64,000 nucleotides of DNA from an uncultured bacterium (GCA_963768305.1 CAVYHE010000003.1:64001-128000); one strand, 5' to 3'. Positions 12,442-24,269 are shown, counted from the first letter of the stretch. Notes: a model not told the origin generated them from the sequence alone. Numbers and translations are program-made.

Positions 12442-12903
12442 GTGCGCCATGAAAAATTCATGAAAGCCGCGCTGGAAGAGGCGCGCAAAGGCTTCAAAAA
12501 AGATGAGGTCCCTGTCGGCGCGGTAATTGTAGTGAACGGAAGGATCGTTGCCAAGGCTCATAATCTCAGGGAATCATTAATTGATCCCACGGCTCACGCG
12601 GAAATCCTTTGTATAAAGAAAGCCGCGAAAAAACTTGGCGGCTGGAGATTGAATAACGCTGTCCTGTATACGACTCTTGAGCCTTGTCCCATGTGCGCCG
12701 GGGCGATCGTTCATGCGAGGGTTGGGGAACTCGTTTACGGCGCCGATGACCCGAAGGCAGGCGCGTGCGGCAGCATAATGAACGTTGTTTCGTCAAAACA
12801 TCTGAACCATAAGGTTAAAGTGTTATCCGGCATCTTGAGATCGGAAAGTTCGCAGATATTAAAGCGGTTTTTTGAGAAGCTGAGATCAAGGAGAGGTGGC
12901 TGA
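12442..12903 (+). CDS. tadA: tRNA adenosine(34) deaminase
   Basis: [33 protein letters not shown]. Confidence 0.93.
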   Translation: MRHEKFMKAALEEARKGFKKDEVPVGAVIVVNGRIVAKAHNLRESLIDPTAHAEILCIKKAAKKLGGWRLNNAVLYTTLEPCPMCAGAIVHARVGELVYGADDPKAGACGSIMNVVSSKHLNHKVKVLSGILRSESSQILKRFFEKLRSRRGG

Positions 12904-12976
12904 GTGGTCGAAAGCGCACGCCTGGAAAGTGTGTATACTCGAAAGAGTATCGTGGGTTCGAATCCCACCCTCTCCG
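12890..12976 (+). tRNA. tRNA-Ser(GGA)
   Basis: GGAGAGG acceptor stem, anticodon arm CACGC-CTGGAAA-GTGTG, long variable arm, GGTTCGAATCC. No encoded CCA. Confidence 0.95.
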
Positions 12977-12983
12977 TGTAATT

Positions 12984-13547
12984 ATGAAAAAACCCCCTCA
13001 ATTAACATATGTTATGTTCAACAAGCCTTACGGTGTTCTGTGCCAGTATACGGATGCCGAGGGCAGGCCGACCTTGAAGAACTATATACCCATCAAGAAC
13101 ATTTATTCCGTCGGGCGGCTGGACATGGATACCGAAGGGCTTCTTCTTCTTACGAATGACGGCGACCTGAACCACTGGCTGGCAAGCCCGAAGAACAGGA
13201 TGTACAAGACTTACAGGGCGCAAGTGGAAGGCATTCCTTCGGAGGAACAGATCGATCAGCTAAAGCATGGCGTCATCATAGATGGCAGGAAAACGCTTCC
13301 GGCAAAAGTTAAACAGATCGACGAACCAAAGCTATGGGAGAGGCCAAAACCTATCAGATTCAGAAAAACCGTGCCCACCTCCTGGCTTGAGATATCAATT
13401 ATGGAAGGAATGAACCGCCAGGTGAGGAAGATGACGGCATCGGTGGGACTCCCGTGCCTTCGCCTCATACGCGTTTCGCTTGGGCCTATGATCCTGGGAA
13501 ATCTTGCGCCCGGGGAATATAAGATAGTTCCCAAACCGAGGATTTAA
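12984..13547 (+). CDS. rRNA pseudouridine synthase, RluE/RsuA family (no S4 domain)
   Basis: FNKPYGVL, VGRLDMDTEGLLLLTNDG, EGMNRQVRKM. Confidence 0.9.
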   Translation: MKKPPQLTYVMFNKPYGVLCQYTDAEGRPTLKNYIPIKNIYSVGRLDMDTEGLLLLTNDGDLNHWLASPKNRMYKTYRAQVEGIPSEEQIDQLKHGVIIDGRKTLPAKVKQIDEPKLWERPKPIRFRKTVPTSWLEISIMEGMNRQVRKMTASVGLPCLRLIRVSLGPMILGNLAPGEYKIVPKPRI

Positions 13548-13566
13548 ATATATACTAGTTGTGTAA

Positions 13567-13653
13567 GGAGAGGTGGCTGAGTGGTTGAAAGCGCTCGCCT
13601 CGAAAGCGAGTATACTCGAAAGAGTATCGGGGGTTCAAATCCCTCCCTCTCCG
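13567..13653 (+). tRNA. tRNA-Ser(CGA)
   Basis: GGAGAGG acceptor, CTCGC-CTCGAAA-GCGAG anticodon arm, long variable arm, GGTTCAAATCC. Confidence 0.95.
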
Positions 13654-13674
13654 TTTAACTTTAGGAGAGCATAA

Positions 13675-15078
13675 ATGGCGATTAATTTCGGGACCGATGG
13701 CTGGAGAGCCGTCATATCAGACGAGTTCACGTTCGAGAACGTCAGGATAGTCGCGCAGGCGATAGCGAGCTACGTGAATGACAAGAAACTCGGAGGAAAA
13801 GGCATCATTGTCGGTTACGATCCCAGGTTCATGGCGGAACATTATGCCGAAGAAATAGTCAAGGTCCTCCACGGCAACGGCATACCATGCTTCATGCCCG
13901 ACCGGGATACTCCGACTCCGGTAGTCGCATTCTCCGTGAAAGATAAAAAAGCTGGCGGGGCCATAATGGTGACCGCCAGCCATAACCCGCCGCAATATTG
14001 CGGGATGAAGTTCATCCCGGATTATGCAGGTCCCGCATTTTCACATATCACTGACCAGATAGAAAAACATCTTAAGACCATTGAAACAGTATCTGCGAAG
14101 CCTTCGCTTAAGATCGAGCGGTTCAATCCTATGAAGAGGTATCAGAAGCACCTGGAAGAGGTGATAGATTTTGATGTTATCAGGAAAGCTAAATTGAAAG
14201 TTGCCTATGACTCGCTCTGGGGAACCGGCAGGGATTATCTGGACAGGATACTTCAGGATGCAGGATGCGAAGTTACAGTTATCCACGGATATCGTGATGT
14301 GCTTTTCGGCGGGATCACGCCGGAACCGATAGGCGAGCACTTGAAAGAACTAAAAGATGTTGTCTTGAAGAACGGCTGTGCGGCCGGTTTATCCACGGAT
14401 CCTGATGCCGACAGATTCGGCATTATCGATGAAAAGGGCACGTATATCTCTGCTAACCAGGTCATAGCTACGGTTTTTGCTTATCTGGTGGATGAAAGAG
14501 GGGAATCAGGCTCGGTTGCCAGAAGTGTTGCCACGACCCATATGATAGATTCCATCGCGGAGGAGCACGGCATAAAGGTCCACGAAACCCCTGTCGGGTT
14601 CAAGTATATAGCAGAAATAATGCTGAAAGAACCGGTTATATTAGGCGGGGAGGAAAGCGGAGGTTTGACAATCGGGGAGCACATACCTGAAAAGGACGGG
14701 ATACTTGCCAATCTCCTTATCTGTGAAATGATCGCGAAACACAAAAAGCCGCTGTCACAGATAATCAAAAATGTTTCTGATAAATACGGCCATTTTTATG
14801 ACAAAAGGGTTAATCTTAAATTGACACAGACGATGAAGGAAGCCTTGATGAAAATACTCGAGAATGAGCCGCCGTCCAGATTAGCGGGCTCCAAACTGAG
14901 CTATATCTCGAAATTGGACGGCGTAAAGATGATTTTTGAGGATAAAAGCTGGATCCTTGCCAGGGCTTCGGGGACGGAGCCTATAGTGAGGATCTATTAT
15001 GAAAACACTTCTGAGGCGAATCTTATGACCACGGTCCAGGACTTTGAAAGTTTCATAACTTCCCACGTCGGTGTATAA
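13675..15078 (+). CDS. Phosphoglucomutase/phosphomannomutase
   Basis: FGTDGWR, TASHNP, DPDADR, GEESGG, RASGTEP. Confidence 0.93.
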   Translation: MAINFGTDGWRAVISDEFTFENVRIVAQAIASYVNDKKLGGKGIIVGYDPRFMAEHYAEEIVKVLHGNGIPCFMPDRDTPTPVVAFSVKDKKAGGAIMVTASHNPPQYCGMKFIPDYAGPAFSHITDQIEKHLKTIETVSAKPSLKIERFNPMKRYQKHLEEVIDFDVIRKAKLKVAYDSLWGTGRDYLDRILQDAGCEVTVIHGYRDVLFGGITPEPIGEHLKELKDVVLKNGCAAGLSTDPDADRFGIIDEKGTYISANQVIATVFAYLVDERGESGSVARSVATTHMIDSIAEEHGIKVHETPVGFKYIAEIMLKEPVILGGEESGGLTIGEHIPEKDGILANLLICEMIAKHKKPLSQIIKNVSDKYGHFYDKRVNLKLTQTMKEALMKILENEPPSRLAGSKLSYISKLDGVKMIFEDKSWILARASGTEPIVRIYYENTSEANLMTTVQDFESFITSHVGV

Positions 15079-15088
15079 TAAGGCCAAG

Positions 15089-15625
15089 ATGAACGCTTCA
15101 AAAGAAAAGATCGTGATGGACAAAGAGGAGATAGGTCTCGCCTTAAAACGCATCGCGAAAGAGATAGTCGAGAATAATAAAGGCACAAAAGACCTTGTGC
15201 TGGTCGGCATTCTGGAGAGAGGACTTCCTCTCGCACAGCGGCTTTCAAAGCTTATCGAATCCTCTGAAAGAGCCAAAGTGCCGGTCGGCTCCCTGGATGT
15301 TTCGCTTCACAGGGATGACATATTGAAAAAAGGTCCGACCATCCAAATGAAAAGCTCCGACATCCCATTCTCCATTGACGGCAAGATAGTGATACTTGTC
15401 GACGACGTGATCTACGCAGGCAGGACCATAAGGGCGGCCATGGACGGCCTTGCCGATTACGGGAGGGCGTCAAAGATACAGCTTGCGGCACTTGTGGACC
15501 GCGGGCACAGGGAAGTCCCCATCCATCCTGATTATGTCGGGAAAAAAGCTGCAACCACTGCCGATGAAGATGTGACAGTGAATCTGACTGAAACTGACGG
15601 CGCGGACAAAGCGGTCATTAAATAG
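15089..15625 (+). CDS. pyrR: Pyrimidine operon regulator/uracil phosphoribosyltransferase
   Basis: LVDDVIYAGRTIRAA, LVDRGHREVPIHPDYVG. Confidence 0.92.
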   Translation: MNASKEKIVMDKEEIGLALKRIAKEIVENNKGTKDLVLVGILERGLPLAQRLSKLIESSERAKVPVGSLDVSLHRDDILKKGPTIQMKSSDIPFSIDGKIVILVDDVIYAGRTIRAAMDGLADYGRASKIQLAALVDRGHREVPIHPDYVGKKAATTADEDVTVNLTETDGADKAVIK

Positions 15626-15627
15626 CC

Positions 15628-17675
15628 TTAACTCTTTACTCTGCTGATCCCTTCTTCATTCTCGACCACTTCAATGATGTTCTCGACGCAGTCCTTTATG
15701 TCTTCAACGTGCGTGATCAATATTATCTGCCTGAATTTCTTTGAAAGATTGTTCAGCGCCTGGATTATCAGCCCCTTGCGCTGCATGTCCTGGGAGCCGA
15801 AGATCTCGTCCAGGATAATGAATCCCGTCTCGATCCCGCTGGACTCCGCTATGAGCTGGGATATCGCGAGACGCAGGCAGAGATTGGCGACATCCGCTTC
15901 ACCGCCGGAGAACCGCTGAAGAGGATATTTTGTGTTCCCGTCATAGATGAAAAGATTGTATTCCTCGTCCAGCTCCACGCCGGTGTATTTGCCGGCCGTC
16001 AGCTCGGCAAGGAGAGTTCCGGAGATCTCGGAAAGCTTCGGCCTTATCCTTGATATAAGGAACCGCCTGTAATTGTTCACCAGGTTAATGAACCGTTCCT
16101 GTTTTTCATGCGAGGTGGTCAGGTCGTTGATTTGTTTTTGTGCGTTTTCCGCATCGTCTATCTCTTTTGTTTTTTCATTTATCTGCGTGGCGAGCCTTTC
16201 CATTTCAAGCTTCAGGTCGTTCCTTATGTTATATTCCTTGCTTAATGCCGAATTGGCCGCGTCGAATTCTTCGGTGATCTGTTCATGTTTTTTTTCGTCA
16301 TAATGGATCTTTTTCAATTCTGCCAGCGCGGTCTTCAGCTCTGCTTCCAGGTCTTTTCTTTCCTTCGTCACCCGCAGAAGCATTTCTTCCGACCTTGCTT
16401 TTTCATCCATCTTCGCTTTTGCCTTCGGATATTTCTCATGGGCGTCTTCCAGCTCTTCCAGCCTTTTCGCGTTCTTCGCGTATTCCGCGAAATCGAACTT
16501 CAGGTCCTTGACCGATGCTTTTTTCTCCTCTTTCAGGGCTTTTATCGCGATTTTTAGCGTCTCGGCGCTGTTTTTTATCTTATCCATTTCCTCGTCAAAA
16601 TGCCTTTCTATGGTCATTTTATCCTTTATAAGCTGTCCGCAGGTAGGGCAGGGCTGGCCGACTTTAAGGAGTTTCTTGTTGCCGCCCAGCTCCTTGTACC
16701 TTTCCCGCAGGCCTTCCAGCGTCATTTCCATGGCCTGGATCTCCGATTCCTTGGCTATGGACAGTTTCTTCTGAAGTTTCTCTATATCGATATATTCCTT
16801 ATACGCTTTTTCCAGGCCGATCATTTCCTTGCCCAGTTCTTTCATCTCGATCAGCTGGTCGTTCAGCTCCGATTCCCTTTTTGAAAGCCCGGTCAGCCGG
16901 GCTTCGATGCCCGTCCTTTTTTTATCGAACTCCGCGTATTTATTGGAAACGGCCCTTTCTTCGTTGAACTTCGCCTTGAACTTTGACATGTTCGCTTCCA
17001 GTTCCTTGATCCTGGCTTCGGCCATGCTCAGCTCTTTTCCGATCTGGTCAAAAGTTTTCTTGATGGCCAATTTTTCGGCGAGCAGTTCCGTCGGGGCTTT
17101 TATTACGACTTTCTTTTTAAGGAGGTCCAGCTCAAGCTTATTTTCCTTTATCCTGTTCTTTACCGAGTCGATCACTTTGTCCACGGCGTCTATCCTGAGC
17201 ATCCTTATTATCGTGTCGCGCCTGGAGGCAGGAGTGAGGTCCGTCAATGCGTTAAGCTCTTTTTGTCTCGCGAAAAAACTGGTGTAAAAACTTTTCCAGT
17301 CCATGCCCAGAAGATAAGCGACTTCTTTTTCGACCCCTTGACGGAATCGGCGATCACTTTTCCGCCCGCGATCATGGAAGCGTCGGCTGTTTGCGAAGCG
17401 CCTTTCAGCACGCGCACGATCTTGTATTCCGTCCCGCCTATTTCCATTATCAGCTGCGTCTCGACGCTCGCGGACATCGGAGCTGTGGTCCTTTTTATTC
17501 CTTCTTTTCCCGTCCTGGCCGCGTTGGGTCCGTAAAGCGTCCATGCGATCGCTTCCACAAGAGTTGATTTTCCCGCGCCGTTAAGGCCCACGATCCCGGA
17601 GAGGCCGTCGCCGAATTCGATGGTCGAATCCTTGTATTGGCGATAATTTTTCAGCGTCAGTGATTTTAATCTCAT
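15628..17675 (-). CDS. sbcC: SbcC/Rad50-like SMC ATPase (frameshift near 17330)
   Basis: GLNGAGKST Walker A, coiled coil with CPTC zinc hook, FSGGE signature, ILDEIFGSQD, LITH. Confidence 0.88.
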
Positions 17676-18823
17676 GATTTCTGTTCTTCCTCTTCTTTCA
17701 CGATGCTGTCGTATTCCTGCGACCAAAGCGAATAAAAAGAATCCCTGTCGTTTTCATTCAGTTCTTTGGATGTTTCAAGGAATGATCTGAACTCTTCCCT
17801 TATTCCCCCCTGAAACATCTTGATTTCCTCCAAGTTGCCTTCTTCGTTGACTTTTTCATATCGCGGTTCAAAATGGACGGCTTCTTTCGCGGCCTCCCTT
17901 ATCTTTTTTGTGTCCAGGGCGTTCATCACGTGCTGGGGAATGTTCTTTATCGTCATCCGGATTATTTTTCCAGCAGGATCTTCTTTTTCGATCAATTTTA
18001 TTATCTCTTCCAGCAGGACAACGGAATCTTTTCCTGAAGCATCGACAGGCGGCATGTCTATCATTGGCCTGATCCTGGTCTTTATCAAATTGTTCTCGCT
18101 TCTCCCGCCAGGTCCACTTCCAGGAATCCTTTTAAGCTGCCTGATTCGTTAAAGCTCATTCTTTCCGACGAACCGCAGAACCAGGAATTCTTCGCCACTT
18201 TCACGCAGTTGTGATAATGGCCCAAGGCGATATAATCGAATTTCGATGCGTTCAGCCATTCATAATCGATCAAAAGCTCGTTCGATTCCCCGTGGCTGAA
18301 TTCTTTCATCCCGGTAACCCCTGAATGTATCATCAGCACGTTCTTTGTGGCGGGATTTAGTTCGATCTTTTCCAGCTCGATCTTTGAATTTATCGTTATT
18401 TTCGCACTGGGGGACCGCGTGGACCGTTAAATTCCCGAAAACAAATGACTCATATTTGTCCTTATAGACTATATTGAACAGTTTTTTATCAAGGGGGAGA
18501 GCTTCGAATATCGAATAAATGCTTCCCTTGTATAATTGTTTCGGAGTTTCGTGGTTCCCGGAAATCATCACCAGGGGAATCCCGGCGTCATAGATCCTCA
18601 TGAGTTGCGAAATGCCGATACTTACTATGCGATTCGTGGGTCTTACAGAGTCAAAAAGGTCACCGCAGTGGAGGACCACGTCCGGGCGCATATTCACAAT
18701 CTTATCCACAGCGTCTATAAAGGCAAGGATGACGTCCTCTTCCCTTTGATTGTAGCCGCTTTCGGATATTTTTCTATACGCGGAATAGCCTAAATGCGTA
18801 TCGGCGAGGTGGACAACTTTCAT
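17672..18823 (-). CDS. sbcD: SbcD/Mre11-like metallophosphoesterase nuclease (two frameshifts)
   Basis: MKVVHLADTHLG, GDLFD, GNHE, then DYIALGHYH..GSSE in ORF 18085..18339, and the C-terminus in ORF 17672..18088. Confidence 0.88.
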
Positions 18824-18831
18824 GACGGGAA

Positions 18832-20407
18832 TTATACCAGAATAGGGCGGGCAATGACATTCTCGCCCTGAAAATCCATGAATTTTACCGAAAATATGGC
18901 CTCCGATCGATTCATCACCGTTATCGTCACCATCGATAAATACCCTTATATAGTTGCCGGTGAGGCCTTCACGCATCCTGTTTTTCCTGTTTTTCTGTTC
19001 GACAAGTATTTCCATCCGCTTATTTTTGAATTTCTGATGGAATTTAAGCATATTTTTTTCTCTTAATTTATCCAGCTGTTCATATCGTGTCGCGATGATC
19101 CTGGGATCGACCTTATTTGGCAGCTTTTGCGCGGCGGTTCCGGGCCTGTCGGAATAGGGGAAAATGTGTATCCTTGAAAAACCGATCTTATCGACAAGCT
19201 TTAAAGTATTCTTGAATGCCTTTTCATCTTCGCCGGGAAAGCCGACGATGATATCAGTTGTTATAGCAACATCTTTTATCCGCTTCTTTATCTTTTTTAC
19301 TATGCTCAAAAAATCTTTTGATGTGTAATTGCGGTTCATCGCTTTAAGTATTTTGTCATCCCCGCTTTGGAGCGGGATGTGGAAATGTCCGCATACTTTC
19401 GGGTTTGTTCTGACGACTTTAATGAGCTCATCCGTGATATACATCGGCTCTATTGAAGACAATCTAATTCGAAACAGGGCATCGATGCCGGATAATTCAT
19501 CGATCAAACACGGCAATGATGTTTTGAATTTGGTTGTTTGAATTTGTTCGGTGCTCGGGGTTTGGTTGTTGGATATTTTAAAATCATTCAAATCTGTTCT
19601 TGTTAGAATGTTTTCTGTTTTGTTATATTCTGTTTTTCGATCGATGGTCGGATTTTGGCCGCCATTAATTTCGAATTCGCCCAAATTAATTCCTGTCAGG
19701 ATAATTTCTTTTACACCGTCTTCGACCATCTGTTTTGCTTCCGAAACTATTTCACCAGTCGGCCTCGATCTTATTTTTCCGCGGACATAAGGAACGATGC
19801 AGTAGCTGCAAAAATTCTCGCAGCCATCTTCGATCATTAAATTTGCCCGGACGCGAAAAGATGGATGACGGTTATTATTTTTGCAAAGGGTTTCATTTTC
19901 TTTTGATGATAAAGACACCATGTTCTTAGATGAGGCATCTTCATGTTCGGATCCGTCATTCTTCTTTAGTGATGATAATGCAAATATTTCTTTGGATGAC
20001 GCATTTGCAAATGAAGGCTCACGACTTTTTAGTTGCGATGAAAATATTTCTGACGATCGAAAAGTTGATTTCGAGAAAATGTTATTATCTAGAATCTTCG
20101 ATATATTTAATTTGTCCTTGTTCTTGATAACGACGTCGATCTCATCGATATCGAATCCATTTCTTTCGACGGCACATCCCGTGACGACGATCCTTGAATT
20201 CGGATTTATCTTTTTCGCATGCTTGATGATGTGCCGCGATTTCTTCTCCGCGACAGAAGTGACGGTGCAGGTGTTGATCACATAGATGTCCGCGGGGCCG
20301 GGGTAGGGGACGACTTCATATCCGGATGCGGAAGCTGATTTTGCCATCTGGTCCGTTTCGTACTGGTTGGACCTGCAGCCGAGCGTGTAAAAAGAGATCT
20401 TAGTCAT
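18832..20407 (-). CDS. mtaB: tRNA methylthiotransferase (MtaB-like radical SAM) with two in-frame insertions; frameshift near 18905
   Basis: TLGCRSNQYE, NTCTVT, GCENFCSYCIVP, RLSSIEP, HIPLQSG, IVGFPGE. The real C-terminus (IFSVKFMDFQGENVIARPILV*) is in another frame, ending at 18832. Confidence 0.85.
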
Positions 20408-20411
20408 TTGA

Positions 20412-21149
20412 TCACAATTCGAATTCGTAATTGATCATGGAGAGGACGGCCGCCGCCGCCGTCTCGGTCCTCAGTATCCTGTTGCCTATTGATAGCGTCG
20501 CGAAGCCCTGCCTTTTTGCGAGAGACGCTTCGTCATGCGAGAAACCGCCTTCCGGCCCGATGAGGATGAGCAAGCTGTTCAATCTTTTATTCTCCCTGAA
20601 AAATGTTTTCAGCGTCCTCTCTTTTTCCATTTCCCACAGCATGACGCAGCGGTCAAAATTATCGCAGAGCATGAAAATTTCCCTGAAGCTTCTTATGTCA
20701 TCCACGATCGGGATAACGGAACGGCCGGACTGCTCCGCGGCTTCCTTCGCGATCTTCTGCCATCTCTCCACTTTCTGAATTTCTTTTTTATCGCGGATCT
20801 TTATAACGCTCCGTTCTGTCATTATCGGAATTATCCTGGCAACACCAAGTTCCGTCGCTTTCTGGACAATAACGTCCATTTTTGGGTTTTTTGGGAGTCC
20901 CTGGGCTATTATAACCTGTATTTTGAGCTCGGATTTTGGCTGTTTTTCCGCCAAAAACTTGGCTTTTATGGTATTCTTGTCCATAGAGATGATCTTTGAC
21001 GAGAATTCCCTGCTTTTATTGTCCAAAACGGCTATTTCGTCCCCGACCTTGAGCCGCATCACATTTTTAAGGTAGTTCAGGTCGGCCCCACCTATGGTCG
21101 CGATGTTATTCTGGATCTTGTCGGAAGAGATGAATATCCTTGGTATCAT
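20412..21149 (-). CDS. rsmE: 16S rRNA m3U1498 methyltransferase
   Basis: QKATELGV, EAAEQSGR, IGPEGGF, RILRTETA. Confidence 0.95.
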   Translation of the reverse strand: MIPRIFISSDKIQNNIATIGGADLNYLKNVMRLKVGDEIAVLDNKSREFSSKIISMDKNTIKAKFLAEKQPKSELKIQVIIAQGLPKNPKMDVIVQKATELGVARIIPIMTERSVIKIRDKKEIQKVERWQKIAKEAAEQSGRSVIPIVDDIRSFREIFMLCDNFDRCVMLWEMEKERTLKTFFRENKRLNSLLILIGPEGGFSHDEASLAKRQGFATLSIGNRILRTETAAAAVLSMINYEFEL

Positions 21150-21176
21150 TCTGTATTTAGAGCTTTTTATACTGTT

Positions 21177-21246
21177 GGAACCTGAGAATAAATTCTCGGT
21201 TCCAAATTTATATCAATTAGGAACCGCGACTTCAGTCGCAGGTTCC
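21177..21246. repeat. REP-like palindrome doublet (two inverted 27-bp hairpins)
   Basis: GGAACCTGAGAATAAATTCTCGGTTCC (21177-21203) and GGAACCGCGACTTCAGTCGCAGGTTCC (21220-21246). Same family flanks tnpA at 38.7-39.3 kb. Confidence 0.85.
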
Positions 21247-22367
21247 TAAAGCTCTTTTATTTCACCTCTCATTTTTCCGAATTTTTTCAGGAGGTCCAGC
21301 TGGTCCCTGGTCAAATTGGTCGGCGTCTCTATATCAACATGCACGTACTGGTCGCCGCGTGACCTGCTGTTCAAATGCGGCAATCCTTTTTCTCTCATCT
21401 TGAGGACAGTGTTCGGCTGCGTCCCCGCGGGAATTTTCAGCATTGCTTTGCCGTCGATGGTCGGGACTTCCAGTTCGGCTCCAAGAGACGCCTGGACAAA
21501 AGTTATCAGCGCCTTGTAATGGAGGTCGGCGCCGTCACGCTCGAACAGCGGATCGTCTTTTACGGAAATGAATATGTAAAGGTCGCCCGGCCCTCCGCCG
21601 GCTTCACCCGCATCTCCGGCTTTCGGTATCCTTAATTTATTTCCCGTTTCTACTCCAGCGGGGATCTTCACCATCACTTTATGCGACTTCTTCACCTGTC
21701 CGGTCCCGCGGCATTCTACGCAGCGCGAAGTTATGACCGTTCCGGTCCCCTGGCAGTCGGGGCAGGGGGTTATCTGGGTGAAGCTGCCGAGTATCGTCCT
21801 TTGGGCGCGTTTGACCTGGCCGGAGCCTTTGCATGTCCCGCATTTTGTCGGGCTGGTCCCGGGACGCGCTCCGGTCCCTTTGCATGTGGGGCACGCGACG
21901 AAGTGGGGAAGGTCAATTTCTTTTTCGAATCCTTTCGCCGCTTCTTCCAGAGTGATCGATATGTCATATCTGAGATCATCCCCGCGCCTTGGGCCTGCGT
22001 GCCTTCTTCCGCCGCCGCCGAAGAAACTTTCAAAAAGATCCTCGAAAGGGCTGCCGCCGAATTCCGCGGAAAAACCTCCGCCGCCTCCCCTGAAAAGATC
22101 GCTGAAATCAAAACCCTGGAATCCGCCGACGGGGCCTCCGGCGAACTGCGGGCCCGCGTGGCCGAACTGATCGTACTGCGCCCGTTTCTGGTTATCGGAG
22201 AGAATGAAATACGCTTCATTGATCTCCTTGAACTTGGTTTCCGCTCCCGGCTCCTTGTTCACGTCGGGATGGAATTTTCTCGCGAGGTTCCTGAACGCTT
22301 TTTTTATTTCATCAGCCGAAGCATTTTTCGATATGCCGAGGATCTCATAATAGTCGCGCTTAGCCAT
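21246..22367 (-). CDS. dnaJ: Chaperone DnaJ
   Basis: J domain with HPD, G/F-rich region, four CxxCxGxG repeats. Confidence 0.97.
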   Translation of the reverse strand: MAKRDYYEILGISKNASADEIKKAFRNLARKFHPDVNKEPGAETKFKEINEAYFILSDNQKRAQYDQFGHAGPQFAGGPVGGFQGFDFSDLFRGGGGGFSAEFGGSPFEDLFESFFGGGGRRHAGPRRGDDLRYDISITLEEAAKGFEKEIDLPHFVACPTCKGTGARPGTSPTKCGTCKGSGQVKRAQRTILGSFTQITPCPDCQGTGTVITSRCVECRGTGQVKKSHKVMVKIPAGVETGNKLRIPKAGDAGEAGGGPGDLYIFISVKDDPLFERDGADLHYKALITFVQASLGAELEVPTIDGKAMLKIPAGTQPNTVLKMREKGLPHLNSRSRGDQYVHVDIETPTNLTRDQLDLLKKFGKMRGEIKEL

Positions 22368-22370
22368 CTA

Positions 22371-24269
22371 TCATTCTTTATCTTTGAATTCCGCATCCAT
22401 CGTTTTACTGTCTTCGGACTTTGCTTGCTCGCCCTGAGCTCCGTCAAATGGGGCAGGACCTTCTTTGCCGCCCTTGTCCTTGTATATCTCAGCGGAAACC
22501 TCATAAATGTCTTTTTGCAATGTTTCGAACGCGGACTTGACCTTGCCCATGTCCGTGCCTGCGAGTGCATCCCTCATTTCTTTTATCGATTTCTCCACTT
22601 TTTCTTTTTTGTCCTTGGATATCTTGTCGCCGGCTTCTTTTATCGTCTTCTCGGACGAATAGGCGAGCGCGTCGGCCTGGTTTTTCAGGTCGATATCTTC
22701 GCGTTTTTTCTTGTCTTCAGATTCATGCGCGGAAGCTTCCTTTTTCATCTTTTCGATATCATCCTTCGTTAAACCGGATGACGCGGTGATCGTTATCTTC
22801 TGTTGCTTTCCGCTTCCCTTGTCTTTCGCGGAAACGTTCAGGATGCCGTTCGCGTCTATGTCGAAAGTGACCTCGATCTGCGGAATACCCCTGGGCGCCG
22901 GCGGTATCCCGTCCAGGTGGAACCGGCCAAGCGTCCTGTTATCCGCTGCCATCGGCCGCTCGCCCTGGAGTATGTGTATTTCAACTGAAGTTTGCCCGTC
23001 GGCCGCGGTCGAGAAGACCTGCGACTTTGACGTGGGGATGGTCATGTTCTTTTCTATGAGCTGGGTCATTACGGAGCCGAGGGTTTCTATTCCCAATGTG
23101 AGCGGAGTCACGTCCAGCAGTACCAGCTCTTTCACTTCGCCTGCCAGCACGCCTCCCTGGATCGCGGCGCCAACGGCCACCACTTCGTCCGGGTTCACGC
23201 TACGGTTGGGCTCTTTTCCGAAAATGTTCTTCGCGATCTCGATAACTTTCGGCATTCTTGTCATTCCGCCTACCAGAACTACTTCATCAATTTCATTCGC
23301 CGAAAGACCGGCATCAGACAAAGCTGTCTTGCACGGCCCGACCAGACGGTCGTTGAGAGTTGAAATCAATTGTTCCATTTTTGATCTCGAAAGTTTGATG
23401 ACAAGATGCTTCGGCCCTGAAGCGTCAGCCGTGATGAACGGAAGATTTATTTCAGTCTCGGCAGTTGTAGAGAGCTCGATCTTCGCTTTTTCCGCGGCTT
23501 CTTTCAGTCTCTGGAGCGCCATCCTGTCCTTTGAAAGATCGACTCCCTGTTCTCTCTTGAATTCCTGAGCGAGCCAGTCGATGATCTTCTGGTCGTAATC
23601 ATCGCCGCCGAGGTGGGTATCGCCGTTGGTGGATTTGACCTCGAACACTCCCTCGCCGAGTTCAAGTATCGAAATATCGAATGTTCCGCCTCCGAGGTCG
23701 AATACAGCTATCTTTTCGTTCTTCTTTTTCTCAATGCCGTAAGCTAATGAGGCCGCCGTCGGCTCATTGATTATCCTCATAACTTCAAGCCCTGCGATCT
23801 GTCCCGCGTCCTTTGTCGCCTGTCTCTGGCTGTCGTTGAAATATGCGGGAACGGTGATGACGGCCTGCGTGACTTTTTCGCCGAGATAGTCTTCCGCGGA
23901 CTGTTTCATTTTCTGCAGTATCATCGCGGAGATCTCCGGCGGATCGTAATTCTTGTCGTCTATCTTCACTTTTGCTTCGCCTTTTCCGCCTTCGATGACG
24001 CGGTAGGGGACGAGCTTTATTTCGCTGCCTATCTCGTTGAACCTTCTGCCCATAAACCTTTTGATCGAAAATATCGTATGCTCCGCGTTCGTGATGGCCT
24101 GTCTTTTCGCGACCTGCCCGACGACGCGCGAGCCGTCCTTCAGGAACGATACGATCGACGGAGTGGTGCGTCCGCCCTCGGAATTCGGGATGACGACAGG
24201 TTCGCCGCCCATCATCACCGCGACGCAGCTGTTCGTTGTTCCCAGGTCAATACCTATGATTTTGCCCAT
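22371..24269 (-). CDS. dnaK: Chaperone DnaK
   Basis: [32 protein letters not shown]. Confidence 0.98.
   Translation of the reverse strand: MGKIIGIDLGTTNSCVAVMMGGEPVVIPNSEGGRTTPSIVSFLKDGSRVVGQVAKRQAITNAEHTIFSIKRFMGRRFNEIGSEIKLVPYRVIEGGKGEAKVKIDDKNYDPPEISAMILQKMKQSAEDYLGEKVTQAVITVPAYFNDSQRQATKDAGQIAGLEVMRIINEPTAASLAYGIEKKKNEKIAVFDLGGGTFDISILELGEGVFEVKSTNGDTHLGGDDYDQKIIDWLAQEFKREQGVDLSKDRMALQRLKEAAEKAKIELSTTAETEINLPFITADASGPKHLVIKLSRSKMEQLISTLNDRLVGPCKTALSDAGLSANEIDEVVLVGGMTRMPKVIEIAKNIFGKEPNRSVNPDEVVAVGAAIQGGVLAGEVKELVLLDVTPLTLGIETLGSVMTQLIEKNMTIPTSKSQVFSTAADGQTSVEIHILQGERPMAADNRTLGRFHLDGIPPAPRGIPQIEVTFDIDANGILNVSAKDKGSGKQQKITITASSGLTKDDIEKMKKEASAHESEDKKKREDIDLKNQADALAYSSEKTIKEAGDKISKDKKEKVEKSIKEMRDALAGTDMGKVKSAFETLQKDIYEVSAEIYKDKGGKEGPAPFDGAQGEQAKSEDSKTMDAEFKDKE

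Noticed and set aside
18260..20407. Apparent MtaB-SbcD fusion (715-aa ORF)
   Set aside because: MtaB's natural C-terminus and stop (18832) lie in another frame, and sbcD has its own ATG with a TATAAT 7 nt upstream. The fusion results from an indel near 18905.
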